Assembly (NCBI GenBank): GCA_002348385.1
Contig: DEBD01000037.1
Coordinates: 129,467-193,466, forward strand
From: Gammaproteobacteria bacterium UBA2965
GTDB lineage: Bacteria; Pseudomonadota; Gammaproteobacteria; Pseudomonadales; Azotimanducaceae
DNA length: 64,000 bases
Direction of reading: 5' to 3'
Positions 7,841 to 16,131 of the stretch are shown piece after piece (position 1 is the stretch's first letter; each line of letters opens with the position of its first letter). The notes under the pieces were generated by a model. That model searched no databases, was not told where the DNA came from, and was given only the letters and a program-made list of their open reading frames with translations. The translations under genes were made by a program, and so were the position numbers.

Positions 7841-8821
7841 ATGCAGACGCGACAACTCGGCAACCTGTGGCCCGTTTCCGCGCTCACTCTGGGCGGCGGG
7901 GGAATCGGTCAGGTGTGGGGGCAGACTGATCGGCAGGAATCTGTGGCCACGGTGCGCCTGGCCGTGGACAGCGGCGTCACGCTGCTGGATCTGGCACCAG
8001 GGTATGGCCGCGGCGAAGCCGAAGCCGTGGTGGGCGAGGCCTTCGGCGGGCGACTGCCCAACGGCGTTCGCGTCACCACCAAGTGCCAGCTCGGCAGCCC
8101 ACCGGCTGATGAGATTGCCGCAACCATTCGCCGGCGCCTGCAGCACTCGCTGGCCGGGCTGCAGCTCGCACATGTAGATCTGCTGTTTCTGCATTCCAAC
8201 ATCGTTCCCGACGACTACAACTATCCAGATCGGGAGCTGCAGGACCGCTTCGCAACCCGGTGGTCGCTGTACGAGAACGAGGTGATCCCCACATTCCAGG
8301 CACTGCAGCAGGAAGGCTTGATCGGCGCCTGGGGTATTACCGGCGTAGGAATTCCGGCCACGATCCGCGAAGCCCTCGTAAACACCCTCAGACCTGGCGC
8401 GGTGCAGTGCGTGGCCAATTGCCTCGACTCCGCCGGCGACATGCGCCGCTATCCTGAACCGGCGGAGCCCCGCGTGACCATTGCCGCGGCAGCGCAGCAC
8501 GGCGTTGGCGTCATGGGCATCCGCGCGGTGCAGGCTGGGGCGCTGACGGACGGATTCGACCGGGAAATGTCGCCGGGAGAAGATCTGGCCGACTTTGAGC
8601 GCGCCGCTGCCTTTCGCGACCTGGCAGCACAGTGGGGAACCACGCCGGCCCGACTCGCCCACCGCTATGCACTGAGCATGGAATACGTAGACACCGTGGT
8701 ATTAGGCGTGAAGAACACGCAGGAACTGGTCGAGTGCCTGGAAGCAGAATCCGACGGCCCGCTCAGCGCAGATGAAATCCAGGCCATCGACAGCGCCTGC
8801 CAAAACTCAACAGAAAGCTAG
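7841..8821 (+). CDS. Aldo/keto reductase
   Basis: LLDLAPGYGRGEAEAVVGEAF and a downstream AKR barrel pattern. Confidence 0.9.
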   Translation: MQTRQLGNLWPVSALTLGGGGIGQVWGQTDRQESVATVRLAVDSGVTLLDLAPGYGRGEAEAVVGEAFGGRLPNGVRVTTKCQLGSPPADEIAATIRRRLQHSLAGLQLAHVDLLFLHSNIVPDDYNYPDRELQDRFATRWSLYENEVIPTFQALQQEGLIGAWGITGVGIPATIREALVNTLRPGAVQCVANCLDSAGDMRRYPEPAEPRVTIAAAAQHGVGVMGIRAVQAGALTDGFDREMSPGEDLADFERAAAFRDLAAQWGTTPARLAHRYALSMEYVDTVVLGVKNTQELVECLEAESDGPLSADEIQAIDSACQNSTES

Positions 8822-8830
8822 GAAGCAGCC

Positions 8831-9661
8831 ATGCGAATCGGCGTATCCCTCCCTGTCCGGGAGATGCAGAACGACCTCACAGCCATCCGCGACTTCGCGC
8901 AATCCGCCGAAGCACTCGGTTACACGCACCTGCGGGTCCCGGAACAGATCATCCGGCCCGGTAACGGCCACCTGTTCGAACCCATCACCATGATGACCTA
9001 CATAGCCGCCATCACGCAGACAATCGAGCTGGTGCCATCGGTGGTGATCCTGCCCGCACGGCAGACGGCTTTGCTGGCAAAACAGATCGCCTCGCTGGAC
9101 GTGCTGTCCGGCGGCAGGGTGCGACTGGGCATCGGCGTGGGCGGCAGCGAGGAGGAGTACACAGCGCAAGGCCAGGATTTTCATACGCGCGGCGCGCGCT
9201 GCAACGAGCAGATGGCCCTGCTGAAACTCTTGTGGACCCAGGAAACCGTGGATTTCCAAGGCAAGTGGGACACCATCCAGGGGGCAGGGCTGAATCCCCT
9301 GCCCATCCAGCAACCCATCCCGTTGTGGATCGGTGCGCGTTCCGTGCCTGGCCCATCGGTGATCAACCGCATCGGCACACTGGCCAACGGCTGGTTCGTA
9401 CTGTGCTCTCCCGAAGAGTTTCCCGAAGTAAGCGGCGCAATCGGCCAAGCGGCGCAATCGGCCGGCCGAAATCCGAAAGACATCGGCACGGAAGCAGGCG
9501 TTGCGGTGGTAGGTCCCCGAGAGGCCGAGTGGCAGGACCGAGTGCGTGGCTGGCAGCAGATCGGGCTCACCCACCTGTGCCTGAGAACTCTAGGCGGCGA
9601 TCTCACGCCCCAGCAGCACCTCGACAAGCTGGCGGAAGTGGTCGAGCAAATTCCCAGATAA
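8831..9661 (+). CDS. Luciferase-like monooxygenase (LLM class flavin/F420-dependent oxidoreductase)
   Basis: LDVLSGGRVRLGIGVGG signature, TIM-barrel LLM N-terminus MRIGVSLP. Confidence 0.9.
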   Translation: MRIGVSLPVREMQNDLTAIRDFAQSAEALGYTHLRVPEQIIRPGNGHLFEPITMMTYIAAITQTIELVPSVVILPARQTALLAKQIASLDVLSGGRVRLGIGVGGSEEEYTAQGQDFHTRGARCNEQMALLKLLWTQETVDFQGKWDTIQGAGLNPLPIQQPIPLWIGARSVPGPSVINRIGTLANGWFVLCSPEEFPEVSGAIGQAAQSAGRNPKDIGTEAGVAVVGPREAEWQDRVRGWQQIGLTHLCLRTLGGDLTPQQHLDKLAEVVEQIPR

Positions 9662-9699
9662 CCAGCAGACGCCCCTACCGAGGCGTTGGCGCCGGAAAT

Positions 9700-10383
9700 C
9701 TAACGCTGTATCCACCCGCCAGCGAACGGAATCGCTTGGCCTACGAAAAAATCGCTCTCGTCAGAGGCCAGAAACAGCGCAAAGCGCGCATCTTCTTCTG
9801 CCGTGGCCAGCCGACCCAGCGGTACCTGGCGGCGCAGGGAGTTCTGGAACGACTCCTTCTCACGCAACTCAGGGGGATAGTAAACCGGATTTTCCACGTA
9901 GTTCTGAGCGATCAGGTTCACCTGGATGTTGTGCGGCGCCACCTCCACCCCGAGGCTCTGAACGTAACCCACCTGAGCCGCCCGCGCCGCACTGTAGGCC
10001 GCCACGGTGCGCAAACCTTTAAGCGCAACGGCGCTGCCATACACCACGATCTTGCCCTGTCCCCGCTCGATCATCTGCGGCAGCACCGCGCGGCACAGCC
10101 GATGCAGCGGGTGCACCATGGTGTCGAAAGACTGCTGCCACCTGGCGTCATCCAATTCCACGGCCTCGGTTCCGGAATGATTGGGACCCGCAAGATTGGC
10201 CACGAGAATATCAACGCGACCCGAGGCCGACACTAACTCCTCGCACGCGGCGGATCGGGTCAGGTCACTGGTGTCGGCGATGACCTCCGCACCTTGCGCC
10301 GAGAACAATTCCTGAGTGGCCGGGCCCATGTAGTCATCGGCCTGAGTCAAGAGCACCCGCTTGCCTTCCAGTCGTCGTGTCAC
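9700..10383 (-). CDS. Halohydrin dehalogenase-like SDR-superfamily protein
   Basis: T-x4-Y-x-G (TQADDYMG) replaces the Gly-rich NAD motif. S-x12-Y-x3-R (SAVALKGLRTVAAYSAAR) has Arg in place of the SDR Lys. NYVENPVYYPPE resembles the HheC segment PNYLHSEDSPYFYP. Start set to GTG 10383, downstream of GGAAGGTGG. Confidence 0.7.
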   Translation of the reverse strand: MTRRLEGKRVLLTQADDYMGPATQELFSAQGAEVIADTSDLTRSAACEELVSASGRVDILVANLAGPNHSGTEAVELDDARWQQSFDTMVHPLHRLCRAVLPQMIERGQGKIVVYGSAVALKGLRTVAAYSAARAAQVGYVQSLGVEVAPHNIQVNLIAQNYVENPVYYPPELREKESFQNSLRRQVPLGRLATAEEDARFALFLASDESDFFVGQAIPFAGGWIQR

Positions 10384-10482
10384 CGCCGGCCCACCTTCCG
10401 TTTCGCTAACGCGTTCAGCAGGATAATGAACTCGCAGGCGGGGTGCTATGCTCGCTGGTGCCCTGTGCGTCACCGTGGGGGT

Positions 10483-10506
10483 GGCACCCATTCACCAATG
10501 GGTGCC
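10483..10506. promoter_or_regulatory. Perfect 10-bp inverted repeat with a 4-nt spacer
   Basis: GGCACCCATT-cacc-AATGGGTGCC, between the crotonase stop (10588) and the HHDH-like start (10383). No U-tract on either strand. Confidence 0.4.
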
Positions 10507-10587
10507 GAAGATGACAATAACCGGGCTAGCCGCGCGCTAATCCATGCGGCTTCGCGCACGAACCCCGGCACTGGCGGTTTCCATAGC

Positions 10588-11418
10588 CTAGTCGAAGAAC
10601 GGAATCTTCACGCCAGCCTCTTTCATGGCGTCTGCACGCATCCGCTCGAACGAAGATGCATGCCCCACGTGCTGCAGGTTGAAGGCCGCCTGCTGGGCAG
10701 TCCAGAAACCTTGCGCATCCTGGGTCTGGTTGCAGGCCATCTTTGCCAGCTTCAGCGAGTAGCTGGGCCGCTGACCAATCTTCTGCGCCAGCTCAAGCGT
10801 GAAGTCGCCCAGTTCGTCCTTCGGCACGACGTGATTCACCATGCCCAGGTTATAGGCCTCCTGAGCGCTGACCGGGTCACCGGTGAACAGCATCTCTTTC
10901 GCTTTGCGCAGGCCCAGTTCCCAGGGATGGGCGAACCACTCCACACCGTTCACGCCAAAGTTGACGGTCAGATCGATGAACGAAGCCTCTTCGCTGGCGA
11001 CGATGAGATCGCACACCCACATGAGCATGAGCCCGCCGGCAATGGTCTTGCCATGCACCTGCGCGATAGTGGGCTTGGGTAGCGTCTGCCAGCGACGGCA
11101 CATGTTGAGATACACCTCTTCTTCGTACGCCATTAAGCCTTCCGAGCCCGGCTTGCCGATGCCGCCGGAAATGCCAACGCGCTCCGGCACGTAGTCGTCA
11201 GAGCCGGGCTTCATATCATGGCCAGACGAGAAGTGCGGCCCCTCGCCCGACAGAATGATGACCTTCACGTCATCGTCGAAAGCCGCGGCGGTGAACGCAT
11301 CGTTCAACTCATAGGTCATGCGCTGATTCTGCGCGTTACGCGCCTCCGGACGATTCAGCTTGATGTGGGCCACTCCGCCTTCAAGCACCTCATATGCGAC
11401 CGTTTGGTAATCCGTCAT
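10588..11418 (-). CDS. Enoyl-CoA hydratase/isomerase (crotonase) family protein
   Basis: LNRPEARNAQN and GEGPHFSSGHDM. Confidence 0.9.
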   Translation of the reverse strand: MTDYQTVAYEVLEGGVAHIKLNRPEARNAQNQRMTYELNDAFTAAAFDDDVKVIILSGEGPHFSSGHDMKPGSDDYVPERVGISGGIGKPGSEGLMAYEEEVYLNMCRRWQTLPKPTIAQVHGKTIAGGLMLMWVCDLIVASEEASFIDLTVNFGVNGVEWFAHPWELGLRKAKEMLFTGDPVSAQEAYNLGMVNHVVPKDELGDFTLELAQKIGQRPSYSLKLAKMACNQTQDAQGFWTAQQAAFNLQHVGHASSFERMRADAMKEAGVKIPFFD

Positions 11419-11427
11419 CGATATCCC

Positions 11428-12972
11428 CTAGCCTATGCTGCGATCTGTGGGCCAGTATGGCGCCCGCAGCTTACGTTTGTTGATCTTGCCCATGGTATTA
11501 CGGCCGATATCGGCCACGAAATCGTATGAACGCGGGCACTTATAGCCAGCGAGATGCTCGCGGCAGAACGCATCCAGATCGGCTGCATCCGGCGCTGTAG
11601 CCCCTTCTGCCAGCACGATCAGCGCTTTCAGCTCCTCGCCCATTTCCTTATTCGGCACGCCGATCACCGCACAATCCGCAATAGCGTCATGGGTCACCAG
11701 CACCTGCTCGGTTTCCGCCGGATAGATATTCACCCCGCCGGACACAACCATGTCGGAGCTGCGGTCGGTAATGAACAGATAGCCGTCGTCGTCCAGATAG
11801 CCGATCTCTCCCAAGGTAAACACGCCCGGCTGCAGGTGCGCGGCCTCAGTCTTGTCGGGAGCGTTGTGATAGATGATTCCGCGCCCTGTAGTGTCGCGGA
11901 AATAGATCTGCCCTTCCTCGCCGGCGGCCAACCGGTTGCCGTCTTCGTCGAGAATGAGGCATTCGAACGGTGGTAAGGTCTTGCCGACCGAGCCCGGGTG
12001 CTCGAGCCATTCCTCCGAACCGATGGCATTGGTGCTGCCGGCCTCGGTGGCGCCATAGGCTTCAAACAGCACCGGACCAATCCACTCGATCATCGCGCGT
12101 TTGACTTCCACCGGACAGGCGGCGCCCGTATGGCTCACCATCAGCAGGCTGGAAACGTCGTACTTGGCTCGAACGTCTTCCGGCAGTGCCAGCAGGCGTT
12201 GGAAATGAGTGGGCACCATGAGGGTGTTGGTAACGCCGTGCTGCTCGATGGCGCGCAACACGTTCTCGGCATTGAACCGCCCCAGAATCACCAGGGTCTG
12301 GCCCGCGGTCACAGCCCGCACGCTGCCCAGCGGCCCAGTGTGGTACAACGGACTCACTACCAGCGAGACGCCGCCGGCGGCAAACCGGGCGTTCTGACCG
12401 ACAATCTCGAAGTGCTCCGCCACGGTTACCCCACCGGCAAACATGGTGGGCGGGGTTTCGGTACCTTTGGGGCGGCCCGTGGTGCCCGACGTGTAATGCA
12501 GAAACGGCTTGGGGGCCATGTCTGAGGGTGGGTCCGTATCTTCTCCGCGCTCGAGGAAAGCCTCCCAGGACAAGACCCCCGAATCGTCCGGGCAGCGCCA
12601 ACCAACCACCAGGCCAACACCCGCAGCGCGAGCAGCCTCCAGCCCCACCTCGGCAGTTTCCGGCCCCACCAGCACCATGCCGGACTGGGAATCTTCGAGA
12701 ATGTACTGAACCTCTTCGGCCGTGAGGTGGAAATTCACCGGCACCGTGGAAATACCGGCCAGAATCCCCGAGAGGTGGCCCAGCACGGTTTCCGCCGCGT
12801 TTTCCGCAAAAACGGCGATACGCTGGCCCTCGCCAAGGCCCGCCCCCAACAGCGCATTGGTGGCGCGATTGAGCGTGGAGTCCAATTCGGCCCAGGTGAT
12901 TACCACCCGTTCGTCCCCAAGGGCGGTCTCATTCGGAGTCTCGGCTGCCCTTTGTGCCGTGGCTATGGTCAT
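11428..12972 (-). CDS. AMP-dependent acyl-CoA synthetase/ligase
   Basis: AMP-binding motif LHYTSGTTGRPKG. C-terminal KINKRKL. Confidence 0.9.
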   Translation of the reverse strand: MTIATAQRAAETPNETALGDERVVITWAELDSTLNRATNALLGAGLGEGQRIAVFAENAAETVLGHLSGILAGISTVPVNFHLTAEEVQYILEDSQSGMVLVGPETAEVGLEAARAAGVGLVVGWRCPDDSGVLSWEAFLERGEDTDPPSDMAPKPFLHYTSGTTGRPKGTETPPTMFAGGVTVAEHFEIVGQNARFAAGGVSLVVSPLYHTGPLGSVRAVTAGQTLVILGRFNAENVLRAIEQHGVTNTLMVPTHFQRLLALPEDVRAKYDVSSLLMVSHTGAACPVEVKRAMIEWIGPVLFEAYGATEAGSTNAIGSEEWLEHPGSVGKTLPPFECLILDEDGNRLAAGEEGQIYFRDTTGRGIIYHNAPDKTEAAHLQPGVFTLGEIGYLDDDGYLFITDRSSDMVVSGGVNIYPAETEQVLVTHDAIADCAVIGVPNKEMGEELKALIVLAEGATAPDAADLDAFCREHLAGYKCPRSYDFVADIGRNTMGKINKRKLRAPYWPTDRSIG

Positions 12973-13101
12973 GGCGTTGTCCTTCTTTCAGCGCAACCGC
13001 ACAACCTGCCACATGTTCGCGCCGACCACAATTCCCACACCAGCCGCCTGGCCTGTCCCGAGACATCGGGGTAGTCTTGATCTGAGCGTCGGAGGAAGAA
13101 C

Positions 13102-13797
13102 ATGTCAGCCACAACCAAGTACCAATTAACAAGCGCCTATACGTGACCGTGGGTGCAGCGCGCCGTGATCGTAATGCGCGCCAAAGACGTCGATTTTGAA
13201 GTGACCTACATCAATCTGCGCGACAAGCCGGGTTGGTTCCTGAAGATCTCCCCCCACGGCAAGGTGCCCGTGCTCCAGGTCGATGGCGAGCCCCTGTTCG
13301 AGTCCAACGCTATCGCCGAGTACCTAGATGAGGCGGTGGAACCGCGGCTCCATCCGGTAGACCCGGTCAAACGCGCGCGCAACCGGGCCTGGACTGACTT
13401 TGTGCCCACATTCGCGGGCGCTCTGATGGGCCTGTACTACGGCCGAACGAAAGAAAACGCCGAAGACCGCACCAAGGCTGCGCGCCAGAGGCTCAATCGC
13501 CTCGAGGAAGCCATCGCCAACGAGCGGGGTAACGATGGGCCCTATTTCAACGGCCCGCAGCTTTGCCTGGTAGACGCGGCCTACGCTCCGTTTCTGCAGC
13601 GCTTTCTGATCGTGGAGCAGTGGCTGCAAAGCGGCGTGCTCGACGACTATCCGCTGGTGAATGCCTGGGCCCATGCCCTAGTGGAAAGCGACGTCGTGAC
13701 GGGCTCTGTACCCGACAACTTCATGGAGGAGTTTGAAGGCAACATCCGCAGCATGGCGCCAGAAATCGCGGCGCGGATGGACCGCAAAAGCGCCTAA
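13102..13797 (+). CDS. Glutathione S-transferase with an in-frame TGA (13144-13146) at the catalytic-Cys position. Candidate selenoprotein (U-P-W-V). The segment 13153-13797 is certain.
   Basis: GGAGGA (13091-13096) then ATG 13102. The frame reads MSATTKYQLTSAYT[TGA]PWVQRAVIVMRAKDVDFEVTYINLRDKPGWFLKISPHGKVPVLQ. Confidence 0.65.
13158..13181 (+). promoter_or_regulatory. Candidate bacterial SECIS-like hairpin 11 nt downstream of the TGA at 13144
   Basis: GCGCGC-cgugaucguaau-GCGCGC: a 6-bp all-GC stem and a 12-nt loop containing GU. Confidence 0.4.
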
Positions 13798-13800
13798 ACG

Positions 13801-14757
13801 ATGCAGTTCACCACTCTGGGCCGCACCGGCCTTCGCGTCAGTGTGGCCGGATTGGGCTGCGGCGGCCACAGCCGCCTGGGGCAGTCCTACGGCAACAGCA
13901 CGGCCGACAGTGTAGCCGTGGTGTCTGCGGCGCTGGACGCCGGTATCAACTTCATCGACACCGCAGCCGCCTACCGCACAGAGCAGATCGTGGGAGAGGC
14001 ACTGCAGGGTCGGCGTGAATCCGTGGTCATCTCCACGAAATCCGGCGTGCAGAAGCAGGATCGGGGTACGCGCGAGATGCGGCCCATTGCGCCCGCAGAG
14101 CTGCACAAACGCTTAGACGACAGCCTGTCGCGACTGCGCACTGACTACGTAGACGTATACAACCTGCACGGCGTAGTGGAATCGGAACTCGACTACGCCC
14201 ACAACGAACTGCTGCCTGTGCTACAGGCACAGCAGCAACAGGGCAAGATCCGCTTCCTGGGCATCACCGAGCGGTTCATTGCAGACACGGGGCACGCCAT
14301 GCTGCAGCAAGCGCTGCAAAGCGATGTGTGGGATGTGGTGATGGTGGGATTCAATCTGCTGAACCCTTCTGCTCGAGAACGCGTGCTCAACCGCACCCAG
14401 GCTCAAAACGTGGGGGTTCAGGATATGTTCGCCGTGCGGCGTGCCTTGAGCGACCCTGAAGCGCTGGTCGAAGAAATCCAGATTGCCGTCGCAACCGGAC
14501 AGGTGGACGCTGACGCGGTAGACCTCAAAGACCCCCTGGGAAGCATTCTCGAGCAATCCGGGGCAGCATCCGTCGTGGAGCTTGCCTACCGCTTCTGCCG
14601 CCACGAACCCGGCGTGCAAGTGGTGCTCACCGGCACCGGCAAGATTGAGCACCTGCTGCACAACGTGGACGCTATCAATGGGCCGCCGTTACCAGATCAG
14701 ACTCAGTGCGACCTGGCAGACCTGTTTGGTCGCGTAGACTGCCTGTCGGGAAACTAG
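13801..14757 (+). CDS. Aldo/keto reductase
   Basis: FIDTAAAYRTEQIVGEAL. The ATG lies 3 nt after the GST stop. Confidence 0.9.
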   Translation: MQFTTLGRTGLRVSVAGLGCGGHSRLGQSYGNSTADSVAVVSAALDAGINFIDTAAAYRTEQIVGEALQGRRESVVISTKSGVQKQDRGTREMRPIAPAELHKRLDDSLSRLRTDYVDVYNLHGVVESELDYAHNELLPVLQAQQQQGKIRFLGITERFIADTGHAMLQQALQSDVWDVVMVGFNLLNPSARERVLNRTQAQNVGVQDMFAVRRALSDPEALVEEIQIAVATGQVDADAVDLKDPLGSILEQSGAASVVELAYRFCRHEPGVQVVLTGTGKIEHLLHNVDAINGPPLPDQTQCDLADLFGRVDCLSGN

Positions 14758-14838
14758 TAGAACGAGCGCGTCCGACCCTAAAAATTGCCAACATGACCTA
14801 CGCCTGTTACGTTGGAGCGATTGCGGAGGGAGCAACTC

Positions 14839-16104
14839 ATGAGCGCAGAAACGCTAGCCGCTGGCCAATCCCCCAGCGATTTCAGCTACGTGGATCCGGA
14901 TGTCAACAGCAACCCCTGGGCATTTTTCGAATCCGTCCAGCGCGAGTGCCCCGTCTACCAGATCCCCGAGACCGGCACCTTTATCGTTACCAAGTATGAA
15001 GATCTCAGACACGTACTCCGAAACCATGAAATCTTCTCATCAACTGTGACGGCGAGCGCAACGGGAGGCGATCAGGATATCGGCCAGAAGATTATCCGGG
15101 AGGGCGGCGGCTGGGCCCCGGTCTCGACCCTGCAGCGCACGGATCCGCCTGTTCACGGTCGCTATCGCAAGCTGTTGGATCGCGTATTCACCATCAAGCG
15201 CGTGCGGGAGATGACGCCCTACATCGATCAGGTATCCAACGATCTCATCGACAGCTGGATCGATGCCGGAGAGTGCGAGTTCAACAACGATTTTGCGATG
15301 CCAATGCCGGGCATCATCATCGCCGAGCAGCTCGGGCTGGGCCGGGATGAGGTAGCGCGCTTCAAGCGTTGGGCCGACGCCATGCTGGGGGTGGGCTCGT
15401 CGGGAATGCCTACCGAAGACGACATCCGCGCCAATGCGGAAACGGAACTGGAGGCGCAACTGTATCTGGCGGAGGTTTTCGAGGACCGGCGCCAAAACCC
15501 CAAAGACGACCTGATGTCCGCTTTGGTGCACGCACACGGTGACGACGAAGAACCGCTGACCATGCAGGAACTTCAGAGCCTGATGCACCAACTCATTACG
15601 GGCGGCTTCGAGACCACCCAAAGCGCCATCGACCACGGCATGTGGACCCTGGTGCGATTTCCGGAACTGGTTACCCGCCTGCGCGAAAACGATGCGCTGA
15701 TCAAGCCGTTCATCGAAGAGGTTTTGCGCTGGGAGAGCCCGGTGCAGTTTCTCGCACGCAGGACCACACAGGATGTGGAGCTGTCAGGCACGCTGATTCC
15801 CGAGAATTCCATGGTGATGGTCGGCTACGCGCCGGCCAATCGCGATGCGGACAAGTTCGCCTGCCCTCATCAATTCGACATGGAGCGCAAGAACGTGGGC
15901 GCCCACCTGGCCTTCGGCAGTGGCGCCCATTTCTGCGTGGGTGCCTTACTGGCCCGACAGGAAATGATCTCCGCGTTCCGGTTGCTGGTATCCCGCCTGG
16001 ACAACATCCAGCTGAGCCGCCCGCTGCCAACGCCGGTGCATCACTTCAGCATGTTCTTCCAACCCATGCACGACTTCCATATCGCTTTCGATCGGGCGTC
16101 GTAA
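14839..16104 (+). CDS. Cytochrome P450
   Basis: Heme loop FGSGAHFCVGALLARQE and EVLRWESP (ExxR). Start trimmed to ATG 14839, downstream of GGAGGGAG. Confidence 0.9.
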   Translation: MSAETLAAGQSPSDFSYVDPDVNSNPWAFFESVQRECPVYQIPETGTFIVTKYEDLRHVLRNHEIFSSTVTASATGGDQDIGQKIIREGGGWAPVSTLQRTDPPVHGRYRKLLDRVFTIKRVREMTPYIDQVSNDLIDSWIDAGECEFNNDFAMPMPGIIIAEQLGLGRDEVARFKRWADAMLGVGSSGMPTEDDIRANAETELEAQLYLAEVFEDRRQNPKDDLMSALVHAHGDDEEPLTMQELQSLMHQLITGGFETTQSAIDHGMWTLVRFPELVTRLRENDALIKPFIEEVLRWESPVQFLARRTTQDVELSGTLIPENSMVMVGYAPANRDADKFACPHQFDMERKNVGAHLAFGSGAHFCVGALLARQEMISAFRLLVSRLDNIQLSRPLPTPVHHFSMFFQPMHDFHIAFDRAS

Positions 16105-16131
16105 TACGCCGCTCGCCCCGGTGGCGTGAGA

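Noticed and set aside
7268-8662. 464-aa minus-strand ORF, the longest unassigned ORF in this region
   Set aside because: It is antisense to the SRPBCC and aldo/keto reductase genes, which have clear family motifs and SD sequences. Its Arg/Gly/Ala/His-rich, low-complexity composition is typical of shadow ORFs in GC-rich DNA.
5502-13146. Alternative genetic code (TGA read as Trp or Gly) as the explanation for the two in-frame TGAs
   Set aside because: Many well-supported genes in the window terminate at TGA at the expected protein ends (for example 407-409 and 30913-30915). The GC-rich proteobacterial gene content does not fit known TGA-reassigned lineages.
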